Shown: positions 1 through 12,830 of the stretch, piece after piece
How positions within the stretch are numbered: the stretch's first letter is position 1
How the letters are laid out: each line of letters starts with the position of its first letter
From: Octopus bimaculoides
Lineage: Eukaryota
Direction of reading: 5' to 3'
DNA: 64,000 nucleotides
Assembly (NCBI RefSeq): GCF_001194135.2
Contig: NC_068984.1
Location: 28,668,748-28,732,747 of the forward strand
Program-made: the position numbers and the translations under genes
Notes under the pieces: generated by a model
What the model was told of the DNA's origin: nothing
The model's input: the letters and a program-made list of their open reading frames with translations, nothing else
Database searches by the model: none

Positions 1-1651
1 TTTAAACCATTATGAATTCTACTCAAGCTAGACCAACACCTTGATGACTGTATCTTATATTTAGCATTGCTGGTTATTTGCTTGTGTGTATATGTCTGTT
101 TTTGGTAAATTACTGGAGAATGCTTCCCATTGATTATAACATGCTAAAAATGAGAAGTCATCGAAATGTTCTTGCTTTCTTCAGCTAAGAAACTAAATAA
201 CCAGGATCCTCTAATGACATATTTGATTTCATTTAATGCAATCTTTGCTATTTGATGTTTATCTTCTTGTTCCGTCATTTATTCAATGGTGTATACCAAA
301 GTTTGGCACCTTATCTTTCATATGTAGATGATGGTATGCTTGTATCTCATGTATTTTAGTGAGTAGAACATTTTAGAGCTTAGAGTCACAAAGTTCAGTA
401 AAGTTGTTTTACTCATGTCATATATTTAGGAGGATGTTTTGCTGTTTTTCTAGTGAAAATGCTTCATCATCAAGTATTGGTGTTACAGAGTTATGAAAAA
501 ATCATGTCTAAAAATAAATTGTTTTGTAATATCAACATTACTGTTGTGAGGTGAATGACACATTATCAAAGTATGTTAGAATAGATGCATTGCTGGGCAA
601 GGTGATGTTGAAAATCCTGGCTGATTCTATGCTTAGCTCTGGTTCAATGTTACTGGAAGCTTTCCAACATCTAGAAAACTGAAAAAGAACTTTTCTTGGA
701 CATTCTTGAATGATTTTAAATGATGAGTGAAAGGCTATGCCGTTTTGAAACCAAGTAGGTTTCTAAGACAATTACCTCAGCCTGTCTGATTGTGTATTTT
801 TTTTTTATTGCTGGTCATATGGGTGAATGAATACTTGGCTTTACTTTCTGACTAGCTGAAGAAAATCTTCAGATAGTTAATAATTTTTCATATTTCATGA
901 ACTGAAAGAAAACTTTCTCATATTACTTTTGTAAGATGCCATATATATTTGCTAGATCTTTGATATGATATTGATCCTAATGTAGCAGCTGTCTGATTTT
1001 GGACAGTATTATAAGAGACTCAGATGCATAACATAAGAAAGTTTGGAAAATCTTATACATGTCTGAGATTTTTAATGAATGTTCTTCAAGAAAGTTTTAA
1101 ACTCCTGTTTCAGTGTTATTTATTATAACATGTTTATTTTAAAGTGGGGTTGTATACATAGTCTATTGTTTATTTGATTCCTTATATCTATTTCATATCA
1201 TGAATCACCTATATTTTAGAATATGGAGAAGTTATTCTTTTTAAGTTTATAATTCTTATGTATAGAAAATGGACATATTTCATAAGTTCAGTTTTGTATG
1301 TGGAAACAAAGTCTAGCAAGTTTATTTTCTGATAGGCTGAGAGTGGAAAGAAACCATTTTATGTAGATTAAAAAGGTGTTAGCATATCTCTTTATTCAAA
1401 TACAGATATCCTTCCTTGACATGGCTTTTCATGATGTCATTTTAAGGTTGACATTTTTTCCCCAGCATTTTTGATTTGTGAGAAGACTTTCTTTGTGAAC
1501 ACTTTGTGTGAAACTGAGTCAGAAAGTCAATAAATGATGCCTATAGCGAAACTTTATTGTGGCAAATAAACAAGTATACAGTAATGCACAACATATAAAT
1601 AGAAAAGGATAATATTTGGTGTGAGATCGTCATTCACAATATAAAATAATA

Positions 1652-2080
1652 CTAGCTGGCCCCATGCCATCAAAAATGATGGCTAATTGTAATATTTTAT
1701 ATATAAATAAGGTACAAAATGATCACAGATACAAACATTGAAATACTTCCCGTGTGCATGCACACACATACACACATATACTCACACAGAGTTGAAACGC
1801 TGTTTGATTTTTCTTTTCAGAGATAACTCTTCACCATCCCACTTCCATTGCATGCACACACACACAAACACCCACACACATTCATGTGACTTCCTTTAAC
1901 ATACACAAACATATAGTCATACACAGTTGAAATGCTATCTATATTTTTTTCACCGTAGAATTTCCACCATCTCACTACCAAGTTTGTCATCACCCCTTAC
2001 TTCCTTATTCATTTATTACCCCTTCCTTTCTCATTCATATGTCGTGATGGAGAAATATACAAGAGTATTATTATAGTAGA
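1652..2080 (-). mobile_element. Non-autonomous Helitron with intact termini
   Basis: On the minus strand it begins TC (2080-2079) and ends CTAG (1655-1652), sits between host A and T with no TSD, and has a perfect subterminal hairpin GCCATCA-AAAA-TGATGGC (1666-1683) 10 nt from the CTAG. These are the canonical Helitron hallmarks. Confidence 0.8.
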
Positions 2081-2439
2081 TTGTTGAACCATTTTTTTTT
2101 TTCATGTGTGTGTTTCTGTATTTGCCACTTCTCTACACTACATCTACTCTCAGCTTTCAATACTCAATATTTCACTGGTCAATAATAAGGCAGCTAAGAG
2201 GGTGTCTATGCCTGCTTTCAAGTGAGGGTTATGATTGCGCGCGTGCACACACACACACACAGATAGGACATCCATTTGTAGGAGCCATACCAAAATTTAG
2301 GTGTCGGAGCAAGAAGTGACTCTCTGACCTATCTAAGAGGGTTACACCTTCAATAAAAACTGGCTTAGATTCTGTCAAACTGCCTAAACCATGCCAGTAT
2401 GGGAAACAGATGAGAAATGATGAGGCTCATAGATGTAAT

Positions 2440-3035
2440 GTAGGACAGCACTAAATTTTCTCTACCAAACCAACCCTATCACCCTTAACACTCAGTCCTT
2501 TCACACAAATGAGTAACGTTATTCCTACCCTTTTCTTTCAATATTATCCCTAACTTTGTCTCCCCTGTTCCTCTTTCCAGTACCAGTCTCTCATAACAAT
2601 AAATTTTACATCCTCACCACCACCACATTACATTTTAAATTGTTTTCTTTCAACACCTCACTCTCTTTCCTATTCTTTTTTCAGTCATGAGTGCTCTTTA
2701 GCTTTGTGAAATACAAAGTGATTTAACCAGTGCTAATGCTGCAAGGAAACACTCAGTAAATTCTATAAAGTGTTTGGCAAATCAAGCAAAGACAATGCAG
2801 GTTTGGAAGGACTCTTTAGTCTGAGTGCAAAACAATTTGTGTAAAACTGGTTTCACATAAAAATGCACCCAGTACTCTCTGCAAAGCAAGTGATATTAAG
2901 AAGGGCACTCAGTCATAGAAAGCATGTCACAGTTGAGACACTGGGGTAAGACATGCCCTCTAATTCATTCAATCCTGTCAAACCATCTAATTTATGCCAG
3001 TATGAAAAGCTGATGTAAATGATGATGATGATGAT
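2440..3035 (+). mobile_element. Decayed repeat: pyrimidine-rich body plus RTE-type 3' tail ending in (GAT)n
   Basis: A CT-rich stretch is followed by aaatgcacccagtactctct...aagggcac...tatgccagtatgaaaagctgatgtaaatgatgatgat, which resembles the tail at 45420-45604. Confidence 0.55.
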
Positions 3036-3300
3036 ACAAAAAGTTTTTTAAAAAAAGCACAACAGAAGGTTAATAGAGCAATAACATCATAATAATTTAT
3101 CATCTAAATTTTCATTTTTATTTTCATCCAAAACTCATATCATGAGCAGATTGACAAGACACTGGTTTCAGGAGCAGAGTGAGTCATATGGGAGTGGGCA
3201 GCTGGTCTTGCACTCACTGTCTAACACTCCTTTTAAAAGTGAATCCTTTGTCTAAGAAGAAAATTGAATTAAGGAATATGAATGAACAAAATGCTTGTTT

Positions 3301-3303
<3 letters not shown>

Positions 3304-3358
<55 letters not shown>

Positions 3359-3867
3359 NNNNNNNNNNNNNNNNNNNNNNNNNNNNNNNNNNNNNNNNNN
3401 NNNNNNNNNNNNNNNNNNNNNNNNNNNNNNNNNNNNNNNNNNNNNNNNNNNNNNNNNNNNNNNNNNNNNNNNNNNNNNNNNNNNNNNNNNNNNNNNNNNN
3501 NNNNNNNNNNNNNNNNNNNNNNNNNNNNNNNNNNNNNNNNNNNNNNNNNNNNNNNNNNNNNNNNNNNNNNNNNNNNNNNNNNNNNNNNNNNNNNNNNNNN
3601 NNNNNNNNNNNNNNNNNNNNNNNNNNNNNNNNNNNNNNNNNNNNNNNNNNNNNNNNNNNNNNNNNNNNNNNNNNNNNNNNNNNNNNNNNNNNNNNNNNNN
3701 NNNNNNNNNNNNNNNNNNNNNNNNNNNNNNNNNNNNNNNNNNNNNNNNNNNNNNNNNNNNNNNNNNNNNNNNNNNNNNNNNNNNNNNNNNNNNNNNNNNN
3801 NNNNNNNNNNNNNNNNNNNNNNNNNNNNNNNNNNNNNNNNNNNNNTATATATATATATATATATATT
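3304..3867. repeat. (CA)n and (TA)n microsatellites flanking an assembly gap (N 3359-3845)
   Basis: Directly visible in the sequence. Confidence 0.95.
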
Positions 3868-6800
3868 ATACATCTGCAGATATACAAAGAACCTTTGTTT
3901 CATCTAACAATCATGAAAATTATTTGACATAAGAAGTGGCTTAAAATCTAAAACAATGATATTTTTGCAACCTAAATGGTGATTTTAATGAAGGAAATAT
4001 TTCTCCCCACAATAAGATTTTTAAGTGAATACAAAACAGACAAAATATACTTTAAAGTTATGACCAGTTTTTCAAATAAGTAAAAAAAAAAATATAATCG
4101 AACAACTTTAATTACTTTACAATGGATAACAAATCATAATCTAATTAAACCAATGAAATTATTATCACTTTCATAGAAAGTAATTATTCAAAACAGCTTT
4201 TACTCATTTTGATTTCTTTGTTTTAACCAAAATGGTAGTAAGGATGCCAAGCTTAACAGACCGTTTGGAAGTCTCTCAGATTTGAGAATGTACTCTCCAA
4301 GCATATAAAATATTTTAAAAATCTTATGACATTGATATTGTGAGAATATAAAGTTAAATGATAAAGAATTAGACTAAATCAGCCAATCAAGTATCAAATG
4401 TCTAATTTTTAAGAAAAACCCAAGTCTTCTTACTGATACTTCTTAGGAAAGACATCTAAAACTCAAAAACATATGATTTTTTTCGGCATTCTTTAATACT
4501 CCGCTGTTTCAAATTTTCCTACTGTCTTAACATGGTTGTACAAGTGAAAAACAAATTTATCACAACTGAAGGAGTTGAGAGAGAAAAAGAGGAAATAAAA
4601 CAGAGAAAAAGGAAAATACAAATACAAAGAAATATTAAGAAAAAAATATTCAAGCACAAATAAATTTTGAAAAGGCATTGCCAGTTTCTTTAAGGCTGGA
4701 AGTTTAGTAACTATAACATACTATATTTAATGTTTCCAACATCTCAAAAAATCTGCGATACACTTGTAACACTTAATGCTAGAGTAAAGAAATTATGATA
4801 CTTTTTTACCACAAGGACATCTTAAGTTTATCCCATTACTAATTAAAATTTTGCATAAAAAAGATGATCACATAGCATTTTATCAAAGGAATCTAAAAAA
4901 TTCCTTGTTATAAAATGTTGTCTTGCTAAAAACAAGCTAAGTGGATCCATTATATAATTATTGGTTTTAACTGGAACCTAGTGGCTGAATACAATTTGAA
5001 ATGGTATTTCCACCTCTTCATTCAATAGATCAATCTATTATTAAAATTTAACTTGTAACGCACAAGAGTATAAGTTAACAGTTATGTGAAGGCAAATGGG
5101 AGACCCAAAGGAATGAAACTGCAGATATTTTATCCTGTCTATTTTAAGTAGCATTTATTGTACAATCATAGAGGAAAATTCGATAAAATTTAAATATTAG
5201 GGAGTGTTTATCTGTGAAATAAGTTTATTGATTAGAGTGTTAAAAATTGGCTTCAGGCACGAGGGGGAAAACAGATTATTCTGTTCTTAAGTGTTATGAG
5301 GTGGTAAAATAAGTCCCAGGGTTTAAAGGGTTAATGTCATTATTAATTAGAGGGAATTCTGAACAAAGTTAAAAGCATTAAATTGGTTAATTTTAAATTA
5401 TTTCAGTTCAGTGTGTTGTGATTCTGAGATTACTCCCCACTATAGTTTGCTTAGCCTTTAATAACTCTGGGTAGAATAAAGTACATGGTAATTATTTTAG
5501 TTGTTTAACATTTTGACACTAGGGTCGGCATCTATTGTTGGTTATAAATAGAGCACTAACGTTTACTAACTGAGCATGGGTAAGAGTTAGTTTATTCTGG
5601 AGTATGTTATTCATTTGACTTTGAGAAATTATTACTGATTATTATCTGCAAAAGGTGTTTTATAGTGTTGCAGCAGCTGAAAAGATATTTCAGATTTTTA
5701 TGTCTTTGTTATTTATATTATTGTATTGCATTTAACATTAGATTGCATAGGATAAAGATCCAGTCTAATCTAGCTGATCATAATCTATTAGATTTTGATA
5801 CAAGAATAAAACTACAGGTTTGAAGGGTGGATTTCTTCAACTAAACCTTATTACTTCTTGGGTAATTTATTTTATTTGTCCCAGAAGGATGACTGGCAAA
5901 TGTAACCTCAGTAAGATTCAAACTCTACAAGCAAAGGAGATATTTTTGTCAGTGCTCTGATGATTCAGTCATTTTCTAGTCTTAACCAATCACTTTAGAT
6001 TATAAAATTCTGTAGGTATGTTTTGAACTCAACCTTTGAAGAATTTTAAATCATCTAATAGTATTAGTTCTATCTTAAATCATTTGAATATATACACATT
6101 TACCTTGTCAAGTAGCATATTTTATAGAGATATTTTAAATGTTTTTAGTTTGTATTTACTAATATTTTAGAATTACTTTCGGATAAAAGCTTTTTAACCC
6201 TGAAGGATACGGTAAAAGGTATTTTACACAGTCTCTTGAAAAGATTTTAAAAATTGAACAAATTTCATGAAAAACAGCTTTGATTACTGTTGCATATCAT
6301 ATACCGAAATTATAGAAAAAAATTCAGAAATAAAAACCCCAAAAACAAATGAGAGGAAAAAAAAAAAGTAGTTAAAGAAATTAAACATAACAGAAGCAAG
6401 TAATCGAACATTTCTATATGCAATGTTTTAAAGCATTTGAGATACCTATTTTTTAAAATTTTTTCTTTTTTTCAGAATTAATCAAATTTCTAGTTGTGTG
6501 GGTAGGTGAATGCTGAGGTGTGATTAATCAACTTCAAAGAAATGGCAGAAATATTGGATTAAATGCAAAATTGAAGTTGAAAAGGAGTAGAATATAATAC
6601 CTTCCTGTTTCTTTCTCTAACTCACTAGCACAACCCCTTCTCCTGCTCGTAAACAACAACACACACACATACTCTATTTTGATTCCTTTAGTGAAGAAAC
6701 TGATGTAAGCCATGACAGTCACATATTAACTGAGTGCAAAGAAATGCATTTGTTGACCTACTTATTGCAAACATAGACATATTTGGTTATGTTCATGTAC

Positions 6801-7129
6801 AAATGATACATTATCCTCATCATTTTAATGTTAATTTTTCCATGTTTGCATAAATCAAACAGAATTTGTTGATGTAAATATTTTGCTATCGAATGCCCTT
6901 CCTCTCACCAAGCAAAGTAACATTTCCCCATAGCTGGAAGACTGAAACCAATAAACAATGCTTATGCGATGGCAATGCTTGTTTAAAACTATTGCACAAT
7001 GTCAAGACACAGACACAAATACACATCATATCAAACGTGAATAATCTACTCCTCTATATAAAAAGTATATCTATCCAATCAACTCAGCAAGGTTCACCCA
7101 ACTCATGCCAGCATGGGAAGATAGACATT

Positions 7130-7165
<36 letters not shown>

Positions 7166-7993
7166 CATGAATACTCTCAGACAGAAATGTTTGTTCATAA
7201 ATTAAGAAGTTTCTCAAGTTACTGTGGCACTCTTGAGAATATGGAATCCAGTATTGATAAAAATATACCTCTAAAAAACCATTTTATGACTATCTTAACG
7301 TTATACATATTTATTCTTTCCTCTTAAAATATTAGTCACATAGATTGTGTTTTTTACATTTATTGCTGAAATCTTTAAGAATAATAACTATAAATAATTC
7401 CAAACTTCTGCATGTATATATTGGTAAATAAAATTACCATTTTAGTAAATGTAGATTTATAGATAGATGTACACAAAGACACATACACACATACAAACAC
7501 ACACATCACTTTGGAAGTATTTCTCACATGCAGGTATTCGGTTTCCAGTTGCCCTAATTCTTTTGAACATTTCATTATTCAATCTGTATCAGACAATGAG
7601 GTGCTATTTAATCTCTCTCTTTCTCTGTCTATTACTAACACATACACATAACAAATGAAACACTTCCTTTGCCTTTCTCCATTTTATCTTATACTTACAT
7701 TCATGTAAATATAAACTTTTATTCATATCATTTTCATAGTTACCTAAAGAGTGTATACATTGTATGTATACAATGTAAATGAGAGATTATTTTAATCTGA
7801 AACACTGTTCTAAGTATGTGATTAAAATGTAAGACATGTATTCAATGTTTGCAATAAACACTACATGAAATATTTAACAGTAAAAGATTTATATGATAAT
7901 AGTGTTAGAGACATTATGTCCAAGGCTTAAATACTGGAATACAAACCATAAGATACTAAGCACATGCATTAAGAAAGTAAGAAAGTAAAATAC

Positions 7994-8032
<39 letters not shown>

Positions 8033-8509
8033 GTTATGATAGCTGGTATCTTACAAACAGCTCTTTGGATTTCATGCTTCTCTAACAACAGACTGGATTT
8101 AGTAAGTAGAAACTGAAAAAAGCCTATTATACGCATATATTGTTTGTATTTATGTTAATTTTAATGCTCCTTTTTTCTTATGCACTTATGAGTTTGGATG
8201 GAGATTTTTTGTTGAAGTGGGACTTTACAGCTGAATGCTCTTTCTGACACCATCTTGTGCGTCTATGTTTGTGTGTGCACATCTCTGAAAAGTACTGAGT
8301 TTCAATCCCCTGTCAAGAAATCATATGCTGGTTTTGCCTATTTGAAAAGGAGATCTATAACTTCAAAAGCTGGTGAGTGTTAACAACAAGAAAGGCATCC
8401 AGCTATAAAACAATTCCTTAATAATATATTTGTCTATCCCATGTTAGCATGGAAAACCTGATGTAAAACGAACATGTAATCTAATATATGTATATTACAG
8501 TGAGTGTAT

Positions 8510-8755
8510 GAAGGCATATGGTCTTGTGGTAAGAATGTTGCACGCACAACCATAAGATTGTGGTTTTGATTCCTGGATCAAGCAGCGATTTGTGTACTTG
8601 AGCAAAATACTTCTACATTGATGCAGTCCACTAAACTGCAGATGGGAGACCTGTGATCAACTGAATCTCATTTAGGAGTATTGTTGTGATCTTGCTCACT
8701 TATACAGGATGGACATGGGACAACTGGCCCTATGAGTTCTAGGACTCAAGACAGC
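8510..8755 (+). mobile_element. Decayed tRNA-derived SINE (CORE-like block)
   Basis: Has an A-box-like segment (ggtcttgtggtaagaatg), a B-box-like segment (ggttttgattcc) and then tgtgtacttgagcaaaatactt, which resembles the CORE block. Confidence 0.55.
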
Positions 8756-8789
8756 AATATCCAGGAGTTAATGAGAATGATATTCTTTT

Positions 8790-8950
8790 ATCTTTTAGAT
8801 GGAATTTTTAGTTAAATGTATCGACCCCAGTACTTCTTTTTTAAAGCCTGATACTTATTCTATTGGTCTCTTTTGTTGAACTGTTAAATTACAGGGACAT
8901 AAACACACCAGCACAGGTTGTCAAATGGTAGTGGGGGACAAAATATCACA
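8790..8950 (-). mobile_element. 3' half of the CORE-type SINE family seen at 27969 and 34643
   Basis: The reverse complement (tgtcccccactaccatttgacaacctgtgctggtgtgtttatgtccctgtaatttaacagttcaacaaaagagaccaatagaataag) aligns by eye with 28170-28290 and 34815-34900. Confidence 0.7.
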
Positions 8951-8991
8951 CTGTGTTTGCATGCTTGTAAATATATATACACACATATATA

Positions 8992-9848
8992 CAGGATGTG
9001 ATGGGTAAATTGTCGCCATTTTATATTTTTAATTTCATGCATGTACATTGTTTGTTTTTCATTTTGCTCACTACAGAGTATAGTAGGGTCAGTGAGAAAA
9101 ACAGCACCATGATGCAATTCACTCTGCCAGAAATTTGGAAATGACATGCTATACTACTTGGCTTTCATGCCAGAAGCTCCAACAAAAATATTTCAGAGTG
9201 TTTGGGTGTCAATTTGAGGACTGCATCTACCGAGTGACAAAAATTAAACATCCAGTCAACATCATGATGTTTGGAGTGATTACTAGTGATGGCAATGTTA
9301 TGCCTTCATTCATCTTCCCTCACAGCTTCAGTCTCAACATGGAGGCTTGAATTAAGTGCCTGGAGAAGGTAGTGCTACCCTGGGTGAAAAGGGTGGCTGC
9401 TGGAAGACCCAATGTCTGGCAACAGGACTCTGCACCATACGACACAAGCAGGAGAACCCAATCATGGCTGTCAGACAATTTCTGTGACCACATCACCCTT
9501 AATATCTAGCCACCTAACTCCCCAGACTGCAACCCCCTTGATTATTATGTGTGGGGCACAGTTGAGTGAGAGACCATGAAAAGTCCTTGTATCACGAAAG
9601 ATGAACTGAAGGCAAGTATTATGGCAGTGTTCACCAACTTAAACAAGGAGACTGTCCAGAAGAGTTGCAGGAGATTCCAAAGTCGTCCAGAAACTGTGGT
9701 TGAAGCCAATGGCGATTTTATTGAATAAATTTACCCTTTAGTATCTCAAAATATTTTTATGCAACTTTGTTAAATATATCTGTTAAAATGAGATATCAAT
9801 GTTTTCATTTTTGTGTAATTTAGATGACAATATACTTACTGCACTCTG
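8992..9848 (+). mobile_element. Internally deleted IS630-Tc1-mariner DNA transposon, DD37D (maT) type
   Basis: TA target duplications at 8990-8991 and 9849-9850. Imperfect TIRs: CAGGATGTGATGGGTAAATTGTC versus CAGAGTGCAGTAAGTATATTGTC on the opposite strand. It encloses a disrupted transposase. Confidence 0.9.
9109..9728 (+). pseudogene. DD37D transposase pseudogene (deletion, frameshift and in-frame stops)
   Basis: An N-terminal piece (MMQFTLPEIWK*HAILLGFHARSSNKNISECLGVNLRT) joins out of frame at about 9222 to ...KHPVNIMMFGVITSDG...WQQDSAP...I*PPNSPDCNPLDYYVWG...EANGDFIE*. There are 37 residues between the QQD Asp and the NPLD Asp. Confidence 0.9.
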
Positions 9849-10538
9849 TACATATATGTTGGGGGAAACTATGTCAAATACAAGTTTATATCATTTGTTC
9901 CCTATATATGTTTAATCACTGTCATTGTTTGGAACCTCAGCATTTGCTGTTCCAAGTACAATTGGATGCTTAACCACTACAGTTCATCCAGGGTACATTT
10001 CATTGCATTATAATACAGAGATCAAGTATACAGACTCAACAGTGACAATTGTACATTTAACTGTACACACAAGATAAGTTATACAGATACATAGATACAT
10101 ATATATCTATGTGTGTAGGTACACATACATGTGTGAGTTTCTGTCTGTCTGTCTGTATGTATGTATCTATGTATACATGTATGTTTATGCATGTGTATGT
10201 TTGTGTATGTATTTATATGTCTTTATTTGTTCTTATGTTTACACAAGACTAGACTAAAACTGGTATTCTTTGTTGTGTCTCTTTATAGCCTATAACTATA
10301 TCACTGCATAGAGACTGATAAGTCTTGAAATACTGGGATTCATATGATTGGCTAAATTTGCGAAGACAAGACTCAGTGTAGCTACAGTCCAATGACTGAA
10401 ACTAATATATCTATATTGATTGATAGGCAGACAGACAGAAAATCTATTTACTCTTTGGTAATGTACAAAATTCATATTGAATTCTCTTTGGATTTCAGCT
10501 ACCTTCATGTCTCTTTCAAGAATACATATGCATAAATT

Positions 10539-10570
<32 letters not shown>

Positions 10571-11329
10571 TGATCATACAGGTAACGAAGAGGCAAGTGT
10601 TTCTGCATTGGCAAGAATTGAGTTATTTAATAAATTCGACAAAATTTGGGCAGTGAACTTGGTGTGAGGAGTGAAAAATCCAGTGTTTCAGATAATCCCT
10701 TTTCAACAAAAATTTGACAGGTGAGAAACTAGAGACACAGCAGAGTTTCTACATTTTCTAAGTTAGAAAAACTGTTTGGAATTGATAAGGAATACGAGAC
10801 CACAGGAGCTTCATATACTGATAGGAAGGAATAGAAAAGAGAAGCTGGGAGAGAGAGAGGTAGAATGAAACAGGAATGTAATGAAGCAAAGAAGTGGGCA
10901 AAGGCAAGAGAGAATTAAAAGATAAGAAAGAGCTAAATGAAATCAGAAGAAGTGTAGGAGAAAGAAAAATGCTCATTTAAACCTGGTTGTGACAAAGTAC
11001 CAAGCTCAACTATGAAACATTGTTCTCCATTTCCTTGAATATGTAGATCTCTGGTGTACCTGTAACTACTTCAACACCTTAGCTTCACATAAGTATCATG
11101 AATTATAGCTCAAAAATCTTCAGTAGACATTTCCCTCTTTCTCTCTCTGTGTACATGTATATATATACACAATTTAAATATAGGATAAAATCTTTATAAG
11201 AATTTATCAAGTAGTTAGCGTGAAAAACCTCAGAATGGAAAAATTTATTAATTATTCCCTATAAATATATTTATTTATATTAAGGGCATTACTATACATA
11301 AATGCTCTTAAAAATAAATAAGTGAATGA

Positions 11330-11376
<47 letters not shown>

Positions 11377-11419
11377 TATATAAAATCAAAAAGATACAAT
11401 TTTGGATAAGATTATGCCA

Positions 11420-11450
<31 letters not shown>

Positions 11451-12289
11451 AGTAAGTGAGCATACTAATAGACTCCTCTATGTAGGTCCTTTAGGATTAT
11501 AGGAGTTAATATTGTAAAGTTCAGCCTGGTTGATCAAAGAAACAGTTCTGCTGTAAAATTCTTTAACATGTTGCCTGTTATACAATGTTATGTCAAACAT
11601 TTTGAATTCACACTGTTTAGTATAGTATACAATAATCTCACAGGACACTGCACAGCAAAATGTGACAAGTTTCAGTTGCTACATGGTACAATAACTTTTT
11701 TGATGCCAAAGAAAATAATTTTCGAAATGATGCAATGTACTAAAAGGTTTTTATAAAAGTGTCACAGACTAAATAGTGCCATACATTGAGATGCCTTGAG
11801 AAATGACATCAGAGATATATTCATGTCATGTTGACAAAAAAAATAAATAAATAAATAAAAGAATATATTTAGCAACAAATATCAGTTTATACTGAGATAT
11901 ACAGAAATACTACAATTAATGTAGCAGTAAAATACAGTTATGCCAAACCTTGTAAAATATGACTATAAATGCCAAAAATGTTCATTCTTTTAACATGATT
12001 TCATATGCACAACTTTAAATGCATAATATAATTTTTTGATCATCTCACATATTTTGCTGAGTTTTTTTTTTTTATATTTTAAACTCTTTAGCAAGAAAAT
12101 ATTCTTTCTTAATGTTAAATAATAGCACATTAAACAAAAGAAATTCTCTGAAATTGCAAGATCAATTTACGAAAATATTCCAGAGTATGGAAGATATTTA
12201 TATCAAAACTAAAGTATCAAAATAATCTTTTGATATATAAAATAACTAAATATAGTTGAAGATTATATATATGTATATCTGTATATATA

Positions 12290-12340
12290 TATATATATAA
12301 TGAGCATCATGATATATAATATATATATATAATCATCATT

Positions 12341-12375
<35 letters not shown>

Positions 12376-12673
12376 NNNNNNNNNNNNNNNNNNNNNNNNN
12401 NNNNNNNNNNNNNNNNNNNNNNNNNNNNNNNNNNNNNNNNNNNNNNNNNNNNNNNNNNNNNNNNNNNNNNNNNNNNNNNNNNNNNNNNNNNNNNNNNNNN
12501 NNNNNNNNNNNNNNNNNNNNNNNNNNNNNNNNNNNNNNNNNNNNNNNNNNNNNNNNNNNNNNNNNNNNNNNNNNNNNNNNNNNNNNNNNNNNNNNNNNNN
12601 NNNNNNNNNNNNNNNNNNNNNNNNNNNNNNNNNNNNNNNNNNNNNNNNNNNNNNNNNNNNNNNNNNNNNNNNN

Positions 12674-12721
<48 letters not shown>

Positions 12722-12830
12722 GCACCTGTATATATGTACAAATACACGCATATACACGCATATACACGCATATACAGATACACACTTATGTATGTACATA
12801 TATATGCATGTACATACATTTATATATACA
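12290..12830. repeat. (TA)n/low-complexity array around an assembly gap (N 12376-12673), with a 10-bp unit (tatacacgca) repeated about three times near 12741-12772
   Basis: Directly visible in the sequence. Confidence 0.9.

Noticed and set aside
3214-3932. Long ORFs of 210-333 aa in the track (also 12263-12925 and 51897-52956)
   Set aside because: They are artefacts of N-gaps and dinucleotide repeats: the X runs contain no stops and the flanks translate to HTHT, YIYI or ERER.
6893-7327. 144-aa ORF and the many 60-110 aa ORFs in the track
   Set aside because: They are low-complexity or repeat-derived translations with no domain motifs and no coherent splice structure.
11020-11095. Minus-strand YVKLRC followed by EVVTGTPE, resembling the B-strand of a second Ig domain
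   Set aside because: The two pieces are in different frames with a stop between them, there is no C-strand Trp, and there are no suitable splice sites. Most likely chance.
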